NCBI GenBank assembly: GCA_963711405.1
Contig: CAVQDZ010000001.1
Span: 176,722-240,721, forward strand
Source of the DNA: an uncultured Chloroflexia bacterium
GTDB lineage: Bacteria; Chloroflexota; Limnocylindria; Limnocylindrales; CSP1-4
Direction: 5' to 3'
DNA length: 64,000 nt
Shown: positions 20,842-31,976 of the stretch, piece after piece
How positions within the stretch are numbered: the first letter of the stretch is position 1
Layout: every line of letters begins with the position of its first letter
Position numbers and translations under genes: made by a program
Notes under the pieces: generated by a model
What the model was told of the DNA's origin: nothing
Seen by the model: only the letters and a program-made list of their open reading frames with translations
The model's database searches: none

Positions 20842-22207
20842 TTAGCCCGAAATGACCTGCTGATACCAGCGCGCGCTCTGCTTTGGGGTTCGCTTCTGGG
20901 TCGCGTAGTCCACGTGAACAACGCCGAAGCGCTTCGAATAGCCCAGGCTCCATTCGAAGTTGTCCATCAGCGACCAGACGAAGAAAGCCTTGAGTGGCGC
21001 GCCCGCGTCGATGGCGTCGGCCGCGGCGCTCAGATGGCGCGCCAGGTACGACTCGCGATCGGCGTCGTGGACGACACCGTCGGCGCCGACCGGATCCGGA
21101 TACGCGGCGCCGTTCTCAGTCACCCACAGCTCCTTGGGCTGGTACGCCCGATGCACCCACAGCAGGCTTTCAGTCAACCCAGAGGGCACGACCTCCCAGT
21201 CCATCTCCGTCAGCTCGACCGTCGAGCGCGGTCGGATGTCCCAGTCGAACGGCTTGTCGGAGTTGCGCGTAGACCGTCTCCTGGCGGTAGTAGTTGACGC
21301 CCACGTAGTCGAGGTCGCCGGCAGGCGGCGGCGATAGCGCGACGCCGTCGAGGTGGCCCGCCGCCTCGTGCGCACGCACGCCCAGCTCCGGGTAGCCGCG
21401 GCCGAAGAGCGGGTCAAGGAACCAAGTGTCGCGCGCCGCGCGGGCCATCTCCGCGCCATGCACGTCGTCGTCCGAATCAGTCGCCGGGGCGAAATGGTTG
21501 AGGTCGACGGCCACGCCGATGCGCGCGTCGGCAACTTCACTGCGAATCGCCTGCACGGCCGCGGCATGCGCGCGGATCTCGTTGTCGGCCACGCGGATGG
21601 CCGTCGGCCAGTCGTGCAGGCCGGGCGCGTGCAGACCGTCGGCGTGGGCCAGGAATGCAAACACGGCTGGCTCGTTGAACGTCATCCAGTCCGTGACCGA
21701 GCCGCCCAGGCTGCGGGCCACCAGGTGCGCGTAGTCGGCGAACCAGCCAACGATGTCCGGGTTGGCGAAGCCTCCCTTGTCCTGGAGCGCCTGGGGCAGG
21801 TCCCAATGGAACAGGTTGACCGTCGGCTCGATGCCCGCGGCGCGCAGCTCGTCGACCAGGCGGCGGTAGAAGTCGATGCCCTTCTGGTTGGGCGTGCCGC
21901 TGCCGTGGGGAAAGATGCGCGGCCAGGCGATGCTGAAGCGGTATGCCTTCGCACCAAGCTCCGCCATCATGCGCACGTCGTCGCGGTAGCGGTGGTAGTG
22001 GTCGCACGCGACGTCGCCCGTATCGCCACGGTCGGTCTTGCCCGGCGTATGCGAGAAGGTGTCCCAGATCGACGGCCCGCGGCCGTCCTCAGTCACTGCC
22101 CCCTCGATCTGGTACGCGGACGCGGCAAAACCCCAGCGGAAGTCCGCGGGGAAGCGCTGCGCGAGTCGTTGCGGGTTGTTGTCGAAGTCGGTCTGTTCGG
22201 CGCTCAC
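20842..22207 (-). CDS. GH1 family beta-glucosidase / beta-glycosidase, with a frameshift near 21268
   Basis: N-frame ORF 21170..22207 carries FRWGFAASAYQIEG, HWDLPQAL and TFNEPAV. C-frame ORF 20842..21660 carries TEMDWEVVPSGL, WVTENGAAY and FFVWSLMDNFEWSLGY. Confidence 0.8.
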
Positions 22208-22211
22208 GCGC

Positions 22212-23612
22212 CTATTGTGAAGGCCCCTCGCGCGGCAGCGTCAGGGTGAAGGTCGCGCCGCCGCCGGGCGTATTCGAATACGAGATCTCGCCGGCGTGGG
22301 CGGCGGCGACTGATGCCGCGATCGACAGACCCAGGCCGGAGCCGCCGCGATCGCGCGAGCGACCGGAATCGGCGCGGTAGAAGCGGTCGAAGATGTGCTC
22401 GACGTGGGTCGGGTCGATGCCCGAGCCGTGGTCGGCGACCTTCAGCGTTGAATACCCGTTGCGTGCCGACAGCGCCACTTCGAGAGGCGAGTCGGCGGGC
22501 GTGTGGACGCGGACGTTGGTGAGCAGATTGCCGATGACCTGGCGCAGCCGGTCCTCGTCGCCGGTGATGATCACATCGGCCTGGATCTTCGCCTCCACCG
22601 GCCGGTCCGGATCGACCGCGCGAAAGTCGAGCAGCGCGTCGTTGACGACCTCGCTCAGGTGCACCTGGTCGTGACGCAGCGGCCGGCCCTGATCCAGCCG
22701 GGCGAGCAGCAACATGTCCTCGACGAGTGTCGCCATGCGCCGGCTCTCACTGCCGATGCGTGTCATCGCCTGTTCCATGGCCTCCTCGTCGGACAGCCCG
22801 CCGGCGCGGTACAGCTCGAAATAGCCGCGCACCGCGGTCAGCGGAGTGCGCAGCTCGTGTGACGCGTCGGCAACGAAGCGGCGCAGCTGTTCCTCGCTGC
22901 GTTCCTTGGCCACCAGCGCCGAATGCTGGCTGTCAAAGAGCGCCTGGATCTGGTCGAGCATCGTGTCGAACGCATGTCCCAGCCGGCCGACCTCCGAGCC
23001 ATCGTCGGGCACGCCGACGCGCTGCGAAAGATCGCCCTCGGAGATGCGCTCAGCGGTCATGGTCATGCTTTCAAGCGGGCGCAGGTCGCGCCGGATGATG
23101 AACCAGCCGATGATCAGGATCAGCGCCAGCACCGCGAGACCCACGATGAACAGCGTCCGCGTCAGGACGCCGATGGACGCCTCCATCTGGAGCATTGGGG
23201 CAGCGAGCACGATGGTCACGTTCTGCTGTCCGATCGGACCGCGCAGTGTCAGGGCGCGGTAGTCCAGCTTGCCGTTGACGGAGGGCAGCTCGACGATGGC
23301 GTTGGACGGCAGCACTGTCGGATCGTCATTGGGCACGACCGGCGGTGAGTCGGGCGCGTACGCCAGGCCGGACGGCAGAACGTTGATCTGTTCGCCGTCG
23401 GCGTCGTAGATGAGCAGCGCGAAGCGTCGGCCGGTGGGATCGTTCTGACCCGGCGGCGCCGGGCGCCACGGAGATGTCGGCGCCGGTCGCGGTGCGCAGG
23501 TCGTTGTCGAGCTGCTCGATCAGGCTCTGGCGGGTGAGGCCGATGACGAGCGCGCCAGAAACAACCAGCGCGGTAGTGAGCAGGATCCCGAGCGTCAGCA
23601 GCAGCCGCGCTC
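22212..23612 (-). CDS. sensor histidine kinase (periplasmic sensor-HAMP-HisKA-HATPase; MtrB-like), with a frameshift near 23455; exact start unresolved
   Basis: ADASHELRTPLTAV is the H-box. VADHGSGI and GGSGLGLSIA are the N and G boxes. Manual translation upstream of 23336 gives the TM and sensor region (LTLRARLLLTLGILLTTALVVSG...) in another frame. Confidence 0.75.
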
Positions 23613-23632
23613 GGAGCGTCAGGCGACGCGTG

Positions 23633-24355
23633 TCAGGCAGCCTCTGCGCGCAGCGTGTAGCCGAAGCCGCGCACCGTCCTGATCAGCGGCTCGTGGTGCG
23701 CGTCCACCTTGCGGCGGAGGTATGAGATGTATGTCTCGACCACGTTGTCGTCGCCATTGAAGTCGTACTGCCACACGTGGTCGAGTATCTGCTGCTTGGA
23801 AAGCACCCGTTCAGAGTTCAGCAACAGGTAGCGCAGCAGCCGGAACTCAGTCGGGGAGAGGCGCACCTCATCGCCGGAGCGCCACACCTGGTGGCGATCC
23901 TCGTCGAGCTCCAGGTCGCGGTACTTGAGCCGTTGCGACTCGCTATCCGCGGCCGTTGCCTTGGTCCGGCGCAGCAGCGCGCCGATGCGCAGCGTCAGCT
24001 CCTCGAGCGAGAACGGCTTGGTGACGTAGTCGTCGCCGCCGCGGATGAAGCCGGTCACTCGGTCGTCCTCCTGATCGCGCGCGGTCAGGAAGATGACGGG
24101 CACGAAATCGCCGTCGGCGCGCAGTCGGCGACACACCTCGAAGCCGTCTATGTCGGGCAGCATCACATCAAGCACGACGACGTCCGGCGGCGTGCGCGAG
24201 GCAGATTCGAGCGCGGTCATGCCGGTGCGTGCTGTCGTGACCTCGTAGCCCATGTAGCGCAGGGCGGTCGACAGCAGGTCGGTGATCGATGATTCGTCGT
24301 CGACGACGAGGACGCGCCCGGACGGTTCCGTGCGCGTGCCAGTGGGGGAGGGCAT
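23633..24355 (-). CDS. OmpR-family response regulator (MtrA-like)
   Basis: Start at the internal ATG 24355, MPSPTGTRTEPSGRVLVVDDE. Receiver domain (D..DVVVLDVMLPDIDG). Winged-helix output domain ...VRGFGYTLRAEAA. Confidence 0.85.
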   Translation of the reverse strand: MPSPTGTRTEPSGRVLVVDDESSITDLLSTALRYMGYEVTTARTGMTALESASRTPPDVVVLDVMLPDIDGFEVCRRLRADGDFVPVIFLTARDQEDDRVTGFIRGGDDYVTKPFSLEELTLRIGALLRRTKATAADSESQRLKYRDLELDEDRHQVWRSGDEVRLSPTEFRLLRYLLLNSERVLSKQQILDHVWQYDFNGDDNVVETYISYLRRKVDAHHEPLIRTVRGFGYTLRAEAA

Positions 24356-25016
24356 CGCTTTCACGTTGGGAATTTCACACTCTCGCGCTGGTAACTCGCT
24401 GTGAGTTCTCCGATAGATCGTTGTGGCACCGGGATGGACATAATGACACCGACTCACAGGTTGTTCTCAGATTTCCCTGCGGGTTCGCCAAGGTAGGCCC
24501 GCCAATATTTGGAACCAGAGACGACAAGACGTCAACCCGAGCCACTCTCCTCGTCTCCCTCCTCCTCCGAGGAGAGTGGTCCGGGGAGGCGCCTTGGCGG
24601 CCTCCCTCCCTCCCCTTGCGGTGACCACCTCCCTCGGTCGCCGCTGCCCGGCGCGCGTCGGCTGACGCCCCATGCGTGCGTTGCGCACCTGCGCTGCTCG
24701 CTCACGCACTTCGAGTGCGCCTCGCTGCGGTGCTCGGGCGCGCCTTCGCCTTGGACGTCATGCGCGCCGAAAACGTGGCGCACCGCGTGTCCGCCAGGTG
24801 CCGAGCGCGGCGGGCGGTGGAACGCCTCCTCCGGTGCCGGGCGGCCGTCTGCGCTGATATCAGTGCACTGATGTAACGGGGCAAATCGATCGTAAGCGGC
24901 GACGGGCTGGATCAACGAGCGCGGTCGAGCGGGACGGAGCCTTGTCCAGACGTGCTTAAGGTCTCTGCCCCGCGTATACAGCCAGACTGATACGACTGAG
25001 CCGTTGCGCAGCTCGA

Positions 25017-25877
25017 TTAGTGGACTTGGCCGTGGCCGGGTTCGTTGCCGCGATCGCGCAGGAAGCGCTCGATCTCGCTGATCAGCTCATCGCCCTCGGG
25101 CAGGCGCGCCTCATCAACCATCGCCTCGAGCCGCTCCACGTACGTCCGGGTCTTGTCATCGACGGCAGTGGCCGCGTCGAGCCGCGTGCGCAGCAGCTTC
25201 GCCTCGGCGCGCAGCTCACTCACATCAATGTCCATGTCCAGGTGGCGGCCGAGTGCCTCGACCAGCGCGATGGCCGCGGGCGCGTACTCGCCGCTGATGT
25301 AGTGCGGGATCTGGGCGAAGTAGCCCACCGTCGGAATGCCCGCCTCGGCGATCGAGATGTCCAGCACGGACACGCACGCCGAGGGCACGCGCAATAGACC
25401 GGCCGGTCCGGCACGGACGTCGCCACGCAGCAGGCCGGTGCTCGACTCGGTCCCCAGGATGGGCACGGGCCGTGTGTGGGGCACGGCCGCGGGGATGGCA
25501 CCCAGCGTGATCCATTGGGCAACGTCGAGCTGGCGCGCGAACGCGATCATGTCGTCGGCCAGCTCGCGCCAGCGGAAGTCGGGCTCCGGTCCGGTCAGGG
25601 CCAGCACGTCGCGCTCGTGCAGCACAGTCCGCCTGATGCTCAGCTCCGGCCAATCGAGCGCTGCCGGCCGGCCGTCGATGATGTCCAGCGTTGGTCTCCG
25701 CGCGCGGTAATCGAAGAGCACGTCGGCCTCGAAGGTGGCCACCGGCTGGCCGTCCGCGTCGATCAGCGCCTCGATCGCGTTGGTCGCGGCTGAGCCTGCG
25801 TCAACCCATGCGTCAAAGGCGACGACGACGGTCGGCGCAACGATGTCGCGCAGGTCATGAGTGCGGAGCAGGGCCAC
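25017..25877 (-). CDS. PAC2 (proteasome assembly chaperone 2-like) family protein
   Basis: 286 aa. Pattern ...VVAFDAWVDAGSAATNAIEAL...FDYRARRP... is typical of actinobacterial PAC2 proteins. Confidence 0.55.
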   Translation of the reverse strand: MALLRTHDLRDIVAPTVVVAFDAWVDAGSAATNAIEALIDADGQPVATFEADVLFDYRARRPTLDIIDGRPAALDWPELSIRRTVLHERDVLALTGPEPDFRWRELADDMIAFARQLDVAQWITLGAIPAAVPHTRPVPILGTESSTGLLRGDVRAGPAGLLRVPSACVSVLDISIAEAGIPTVGYFAQIPHYISGEYAPAAIALVEALGRHLDMDIDVSELRAEAKLLRTRLDAATAVDDKTRTYVERLEAMVDEARLPEGDELISEIERFLRDRGNEPGHGQVH

Positions 25878-25902
25878 GCCAAGAGCATAGGCCCGCGTCC
25901 GC

Positions 25903-26749
25903 CTACAGCCTGCGCACGGGCTTTCTCAGGATGTCCGCCGCGGGTCCGTTGAAGAGCAGCTCGATCAGCTCCACGTACACCGGCTCGATCTCAAAGCCCG
26001 CCTTCTGCCGCTCGAACCACGTCTGGACGTTGCCCAGGTCGCGGTAGAGCAGGTCCGGCGCGAAGGGGTTGTTGAACGAATCGACGGCCTGCGGGAAGTC
26101 GATCACGACCAACCGGCCATCCTTCCAGAGCATGTTGTAGACCGATAGGTCGCCGTGGACGATGTGCGCGCCGGCCAGCGCGCGCAGTGAGTCGAGCATC
26201 TGATCGCGCGCCGAGCGCGCTTCGTCCGTTGACAGGTGCGCATTGGCCACGCGCGGCGCCGCGCCATCGCGGTCACCCACGTATTCCATGAGCACGCCGT
26301 CCTCGGTCTGCTCGACAGGGAAGGGGACCGATGCTCCCGCAGTCCAGGCCTTGTCGAGGGTCGCGAACTCCTGCGCCGGCCAGGCCGACGCGGCCAGCTC
26401 GTGGCCGAACTTGGAGCCCTGGTCGAGAGCCCTCCGGTCACGTTGCTTTGAGCCCCCAACCCGCGGTGTAGACCGAATCAGCGCGATAGATCGTGCCCTT
26501 CGAGAAGCCCAGCGCTTCCAGCTCGCCTTTCTTGGGATAGCGCGGCCGGTAGCGCTTGTGCGCAAGGAGGCACGACGAACCATCGTCGGCGATGCGTTCG
26601 ACAAGGAAGACCTCTGCTTCCTTGCCGGACTTGAGCACGCCGGCGTCGTGGTCTTGATAGGCATGTGTGATGAGCCAGGGTGGTGCGGGCCGTTCATCGG
26701 CCAGCAGGTAAAGAGACAACGCAGCAACTCCGAATACGGGTACGGACAA
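25903..26749 (-). CDS. RIO1-type serine protein kinase, with a frameshift near 26440-26470
   Basis: N-frame ORF 26438..26749 has the P-loop LKSGKEAEVFLVER. C-frame ORF 25903..26727 has the catalytic HGDLSVYNML and IDFPQAVD. Confidence 0.65.
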
Positions 26750-26850
26750 GCGACACAGCGGGAACCGGCCGTACCGGAGTTAGAGAGACGAGCGGAGGAG
26801 CTATGCCTCGCTCAGAAACGCAGCGCTGCGAACGAGCGCGCGCGGGCGGG

Positions 26851-26907
26851 CTAGTTGCCCGGGTCGACCTCCGGCCAGCCGGAAAGGGCGGTCGCAGTGG
26901 TTGTCAT
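26851..26907 (-). CDS. 18-codon upstream small ORF (MTTTATALSGWPEVDPGN) with the strongest Shine-Dalgarno sequence in the window
   Basis: The minus strand reads aaaggagaggtcaaATGACAACCACTGCGACCGCCCTTTCCGGCTGGCCGGAGGTCGACCCGGGCAACTAG. The RBS AAAGGAGAGG is 4 nt before the ATG. It lies between the EAL gene stop (26993) and the RIO kinase start (26749). Confidence 0.25.
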   Translation of the reverse strand: MTTTATALSGWPEVDPGN

Positions 26908-26992
26908 TTGACCTCTCCTTTTCAAATCGCTGGCGGTAGGTGAGCGAGGCGCAGTGTGCGCCATCGCGCGCCCGAGCGCAAGTGGTGCGTGA

Positions 26993-29431
26993 TTAGCGCG
27001 TCACGGCCCAGCGGCGCGCCGACGGCTTGGCGCCCTTTGGCTGGACGAAATCAGGATCGCTGACGGGACCGGTGAGCGGGTACTCGGTGCTCAGTCGCGT
27101 GCCCATCGTCGGTGAGTCGAGCGGTCGTGCGAACAGGAAGCCCTGGCCCAGGTTGCAGTTCAGCGCCATCAGGTGCTGGAGCTGCTCGTCGGTTTCAATG
27201 CCCTCCGCCGTGACGGCCAGGCCGAGTCCATGAGCGAATGCAATCGTGGCGCTGACGATGGCCGTCTTCTCGCGCTCGATGCCCAGGCCCTGGACGAAGG
27301 AGCGGTCGATCTTGAGCCCGTCGACGGGCAGCTGGTTGAGGTAGCTGAGCGCCGAGTAGCCCGTGCCGAAGTCGTCGATCACGATGTGGACGCCGATGCG
27401 GCGCAGGTCGCGCAGAGCCGCGATCGACTTGGTCTCGTCGCCGAGCATCATGCTTTCAGTGATCTCGAGCGTCAGACAGTCGGCCGGCAGCCCGCTCGCC
27501 GCGAGGGCCGACTCGATGCCACTGACGAACGTGGGCTCGATGACCTCGCGCGCGGACGTGTTCACGGACACGCGCAGCTGGCGATCGGCGCGATGCTCGC
27601 GCTGCCACTGCCGAGCTTGCTGGCACGCCTCGTTCACGACCCAAGTGCCGATGGCGACGATCTGGCCCAATTCCTCGCTGACGTCGATGAAGTCGCTCGG
27701 CTCCAGCTGGCCGCGGCTTGGGTGATCCCAGCGGACGAGTGCCTCGACGGCAGCGGTGCCGCCCGTGGCGAGATCGACGATGGGTTGGTAGACAAGGAAC
27801 AGCTCGCCACGCTCGACGGCGGAGCGCAGCTCGGCGTCGAGCTCGAGGCGCGCCAGCTGGTGGGCGAGCATCGAAGGTTCGAATACGGCCAGGCCGCCCC
27901 GGCCGTTGGCCTTGGCGCGGTACATCGCGGTATCGGCGTCGCGCAGCAGCTCGTCGGCCGATACGTCGAGTCGCCGACCTGGTCGAGGGCGAGGCCGATG
28001 CTGGCCCGAACGGAGACCTCACGGCCGTCCAGATCGAGCGGCTTGGAGAGCGAGCCCAGCACGCGCTGTGCTGTGACGTCGCCTCGGTGATGCTGTTCAC
28101 GTCCTCGAGCAGGATGCCGAACTCGTCGCCGCCCAGGCGGGCGACCGTGTCGCCGGCGCGGAGCCCGCCGCTGAGGCGGTCGCCGACTGCTTTGAGTACC
28201 GCGTCGCCCGCCGCGTGGCCCAGGCCGTCGTTGACGAGCTTGAAGCGATCCAGGTCGAGGAACAGGACTGCGGTGCGCCCGCGTGAGCGCACGCGACGGG
28301 CCAGGGCGTGCTCGACTCGATCGGTGAACAGGCGCCGATTTGGCAGGCCGGTTAGCGGGTCAGTGACGGCCGCGCTGATCAGCCGCTCGTGCGTCGCTGC
28401 ATTCTCAAGGGCGATGGCGACGTGGTTGGCGAAGAGCTTGACCAGCTCCAGGTCCTCGTCGTCGAAGCTCGTGTCACGGCGGTACAGGTTGAGCGCGCCG
28501 ATGACACCTTCAAGGCTGCGCACAGGGGCGACGATGAGTGCCTCCTGCTCATCCTGTGGCGTGCCCGGCACGTCGACGGCGCGTGGATCACTCAACGTGT
28601 CATTGATGATTTCCGCCTCGCCCTTGTTGATGACGCTGCCGGTGATCCCTTCGCCCAGCGCAGGGTCGCGTGGCCAGGATCGCTTCCGCGTACTCGTCGC
28701 GCGCGAACATCGGAACGAGGCAGTTGTGGGCCCGATCGACCAGGTAGATGGTCAGTGTGTCATGGGGCACCACGTCGGCCAGCGTGTCGGCGATGGCGTC
28801 GAAGATCTGGGTCTGGTCGCGCGTCAGGACGAGTCGCTCGGTGATTGCGAGCAGCTGGCGCTGGCTGGCCAGTCGCCGCTCGAGCGCCGCTCCGCGGCGC
28901 TCGAGCTCCTCGAGCTGACGCGCATTCGAGAGGGCCACGGCTGCCTGCGCGGCAACGATCTCGGCCAGGCGCAGGTCCGTGCCGTCAAACGCGTCTCGTC
29001 CCAGCCGGATCAGCTGCAGCACGCCAAGGACGCGGTCCTCATAGACGAGCGGCACGACGATCATCGACTCATCCACGTCGTCGGTGCCCGGGATCCTTGC
29101 CCCGCGCGGGTCCTGCGCGCACGTCGGTCACGATCTCGCCCACGCGTGACGCTGCCACGTGACCGGCCAGACCCTTGCCGATCTCGATCTTGAGCAGGTC
29201 TGGTGTTTCCCGCGCGTAGTGCGGAACCGTGCTGCGTAGCACGATGGCCTCGAGGGACTGCTCGTCCCTGCCGACGACAAAGAAGCGCAGGCCGTGCCAG
29301 TCGATGACAGAGGCAATCTCGCTGGCTACGGCCTCGGCGACCGAATGGACGTCGCGCGAGCGGCTCAGCTTGCGCGACAGCGCGTCGATGCGCTCGAGCT
29401 GCTGGCTCCAGCGCCGAGCGTCGGAGAGCAT
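26993..29431 (-). CDS. GAF-GAF-GGDEF-EAL c-di-GMP turnover protein, interrupted by at least four frameshifts
   Basis: Minus-strand ORFs form one collinear protein. 29069..29431 is GAF-1. 28600..29076 is GAF-2. 27456..28595 is the end of GAF-2 plus GGDEF (RLGGDEFGILL). Several short-frame pieces lie between 27900 and 28100. 26993..27925 is EAL (ELFLVYQP...EITES...DDFGTGYS). Confidence 0.75.
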
Positions 29432-29715
29432 GCGTGAGGTATCGGCCGGCAGGTCGGTCGTGGTGTCGTCCGGACGCGGCGAATCGGGGCCTTGCCCTTC
29501 GCGCTGCCCTATTTCCGTGGTATGTGTGTCGCCCGAGCTGGCGTTCAGGGAGTGCCTCTCATAAACGAACGAGGGATGCGTTGCGACGTTAGGTGAGGAG
29601 ATCGGGCGTGGAGAGCGGCGCGGTTGTCAAATCCACATAGCCGAATAGTCCTGCCGCGCGTTCGCCCACACTGGCCACGGCGAGCCGCCAAACTATTGCC
29701 CATGGAGCTGCGGAC

Positions 29716-30478
29716 GTGACTGAGGATCTGCGCGTGCTCGCCAACGAGCATTGGCGCTGGTTTTACAGAGGCCTGATTGAGAGCGTCGGTGGCGAGTGGC
29801 GCCGCTACGGAAACGTCGACGCGTTCTCGACGCCGCACCTGCCCGCGTCCTTCGCGAACGGCGTGCTGGCCATCGAACCCGCGACTGGCGCCGACGTGGT
29901 CGAAGCGACCAAATGGACGCAGGCTCCGGGCGTGCCGTTTCGCGTGCGCATCGACACGGCACTCGGCGGCGAGCTGCTCGAGGCGGCGGCCAGCACTGGT
30001 CTGGAGCGCGAAGACTGGACGATGCCGGGCATGGTGCTCATGCCCGTGCCCGGCAGCGCCGCCTCCGCCGCCCGGTGTCGTGGCCGAGCGTGTCGTCGCC
30101 GCGAACTTCGCCGATTTCATCCAGGCGACCGTCGACTGCGGCATGCCCCGGCCCGTGGCGGAGCAGTCGTTCGATCTCAGCGCGACCGATCAGGGCGACG
30201 TGGACTTCTTCCTGGGCCGTCTCGACGGCCGGCCCGCGGCGACCGCGACGCTGATCAGAACAGATGATGTTGCCGGCATCTACGCCGTGGCCACGGTCGA
30301 GGATGCGCAGCGCCACGGCCTGGGCGCGGCCGTTACGTGGGCCGCCGTGGATCGAGCACGCCAGTGGGGGTCGCGCGCCGTGGTCCTGCAGGCGTCGCCG
30401 ATGGGCTATTCCTTGTACGGCAAGATCGGCTTCCGGACCGTTGTCGAGTACGCCGTCTTTCTGCCGTCAGGCAGATGA
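29716..30478 (+). CDS. GNAT family N-acetyltransferase, with a frameshift near 30060
   Basis: ORF 29716..30267 is the N-terminal half. ORF 29777..30478 is the C-terminal half, with QRHGLGAAVTWAAVDRARQWGSRAVVLQASPMGYSLYGKIGFR, the acetyl-CoA binding motif. Confidence 0.65.
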
Positions 30479-31804
30479 GGACGGGCTGGACCTTCCGGCC
30501 AGCGCGCGCAATCTGGGCACGACCTCGCCGATGCCCAGCTTCAGATCGTCCCAGATGAGCATGCCCAGGAACACAACGAGGATCGCGTTGCGCACGTTCA
30601 CGATCACGACCGTGTACGGCTCCTGGTTCAGGTACTGCTGGTAGTTGATCGGGTAGACGATCGTCGTTGCCAGGCACGCCGCCCAGAAGACGAGCGTCTT
30701 GGGCCGGCTGGTGAGGGCGACGAACGGGGCGACCCAGAACAGGTACTGGGGCGACATGATGCGCGACGAGACCAGGACCACGACCAGCGCCGCGACGACG
30801 TAAATGACCTGGTTGACCGGCTTGAACTCGCCCTCAGCATCGCGGTCGGCGCGGTACCTGTGCCATATCGCGATGCCCAGCGCCGCGAGCATCACGAGCG
30901 TCAGCAGCGTCCAGAACGACGCCAGGATAGGAATCAGCGGCGACTCGACCTGCCACGTCCCAAAGCCGTTGAAGATGTGCGGATGCTGCTTGGTGAGCAT
31001 GCCCGCGAACAAGGCCAGCGCGCCCGGAACGCTCTCGATCTGGACGCCGCGATTGACCGCGTACGACAGGAACGAGAACGCCGATGTGCCGGAATCGATG
31101 ACGAACGGGGCGCCGATCAACAGCACCGTCGCGACGCAGGCGACGGCCAGAACGATGGCCGGCCGCAGCCCGCGCTTTGTTATCTGCCCGAGCATCAGGA
31201 CCGGGAGCATGGCCAGCGGATAGAGCTTGGCCATCACCCCCGCGCCCAGCGCCACCCCGGACGCGGCCGACCAGCGCCGGGCGGCGAAGACGAGGGCGAG
31301 CACTGACAGCAGGGTGGCCAGCGCGTCGTAGCGCCAGACCACGACCGGTGCCAACGCGAGGGCCAGGAAGACGTAGATGTAGCTGCTGCGCAGCACCGAC
31401 TCAGCGGACCAGCCGCGCCACGCCAGGTACAGGATGCCGAGGCCTATGGCGACGAGCAGCACGACGTTCTCGGAGAACAGCAGGCGGCTGTACGACTCCC
31501 ACGACGGCGCGCCGGCGAAGTACGGCAGCAGCACCGCGGGCAGCGAGACCGGCGGGTACTCCCACGGAAAGTCGCGGTAGGGGATCTGGCCCTGGCTTAC
31601 CTGGCCGGCGATCTTGAAGTAGTAGGCGGGATCGCCGGAAGAGGTGCGCAGGCCGTCGACTGCGACCAGCCAGAGTGTGATGACCGACAGCAGGGCTTCA
31701 GGCCAAAGTCGACCGACTCGCGCTGCCCGCGCCGACCAATCGCCCAAACAACCACTCCTCATTGGTGCCCAACACCCCCAGACAAGCCTGGCCGTGCTGG
31801 GCAT
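30467..31804 (-). CDS. polytopic membrane protein, DUF2029 / GT87-like (putative glycosyl/mannosyltransferase)
   Basis: ORF 30467..32056 has 10+ TM helices. Start is probably at the internal ATG near 31804 or 31762. The ORF-track N-terminus overlaps the divergent YciI gene. Confidence 0.45.
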   Translation of the reverse strand: MPSTARLVWGCWAPMRSGCLGDWSARAARVGRLWPEALLSVITLWLVAVDGLRTSSGDPAYYFKIAGQVSQGQIPYRDFPWEYPPVSLPAVLLPYFAGAPSWESYSRLLFSENVVLLVAIGLGILYLAWRGWSAESVLRSSYIYVFLALALAPVVVWRYDALATLLSVLALVFAARRWSAASGVALGAGVMAKLYPLAMLPVLMLGQITKRGLRPAIVLAVACVATVLLIGAPFVIDSGTSAFSFLSYAVNRGVQIESVPGALALFAGMLTKQHPHIFNGFGTWQVESPLIPILASFWTLLTLVMLAALGIAIWHRYRADRDAEGEFKPVNQVIYVVAALVVVLVSSRIMSPQYLFWVAPFVALTSRPKTLVFWAACLATTIVYPINYQQYLNQEPYTVVIVNVRNAILVVFLGMLIWDDLKLGIGEVVPRLRALAGRSSPSSSA

Positions 31805-31976
31805 GTGCGCCGGCTCGATGGGCCGCTCAACTATAGCCCGGGCGCCGGTTTGGCCCGGGTGACCAGGCGTCCCGATACTTGATGCTGATGCCGTGTCGAT
31901 TCCGCGTCGTCTCGTTCGACGCATAGGTACAGGGACCTGACAGATGGTCCCGCGACAATCCCGGAGGGAGCAAGAA

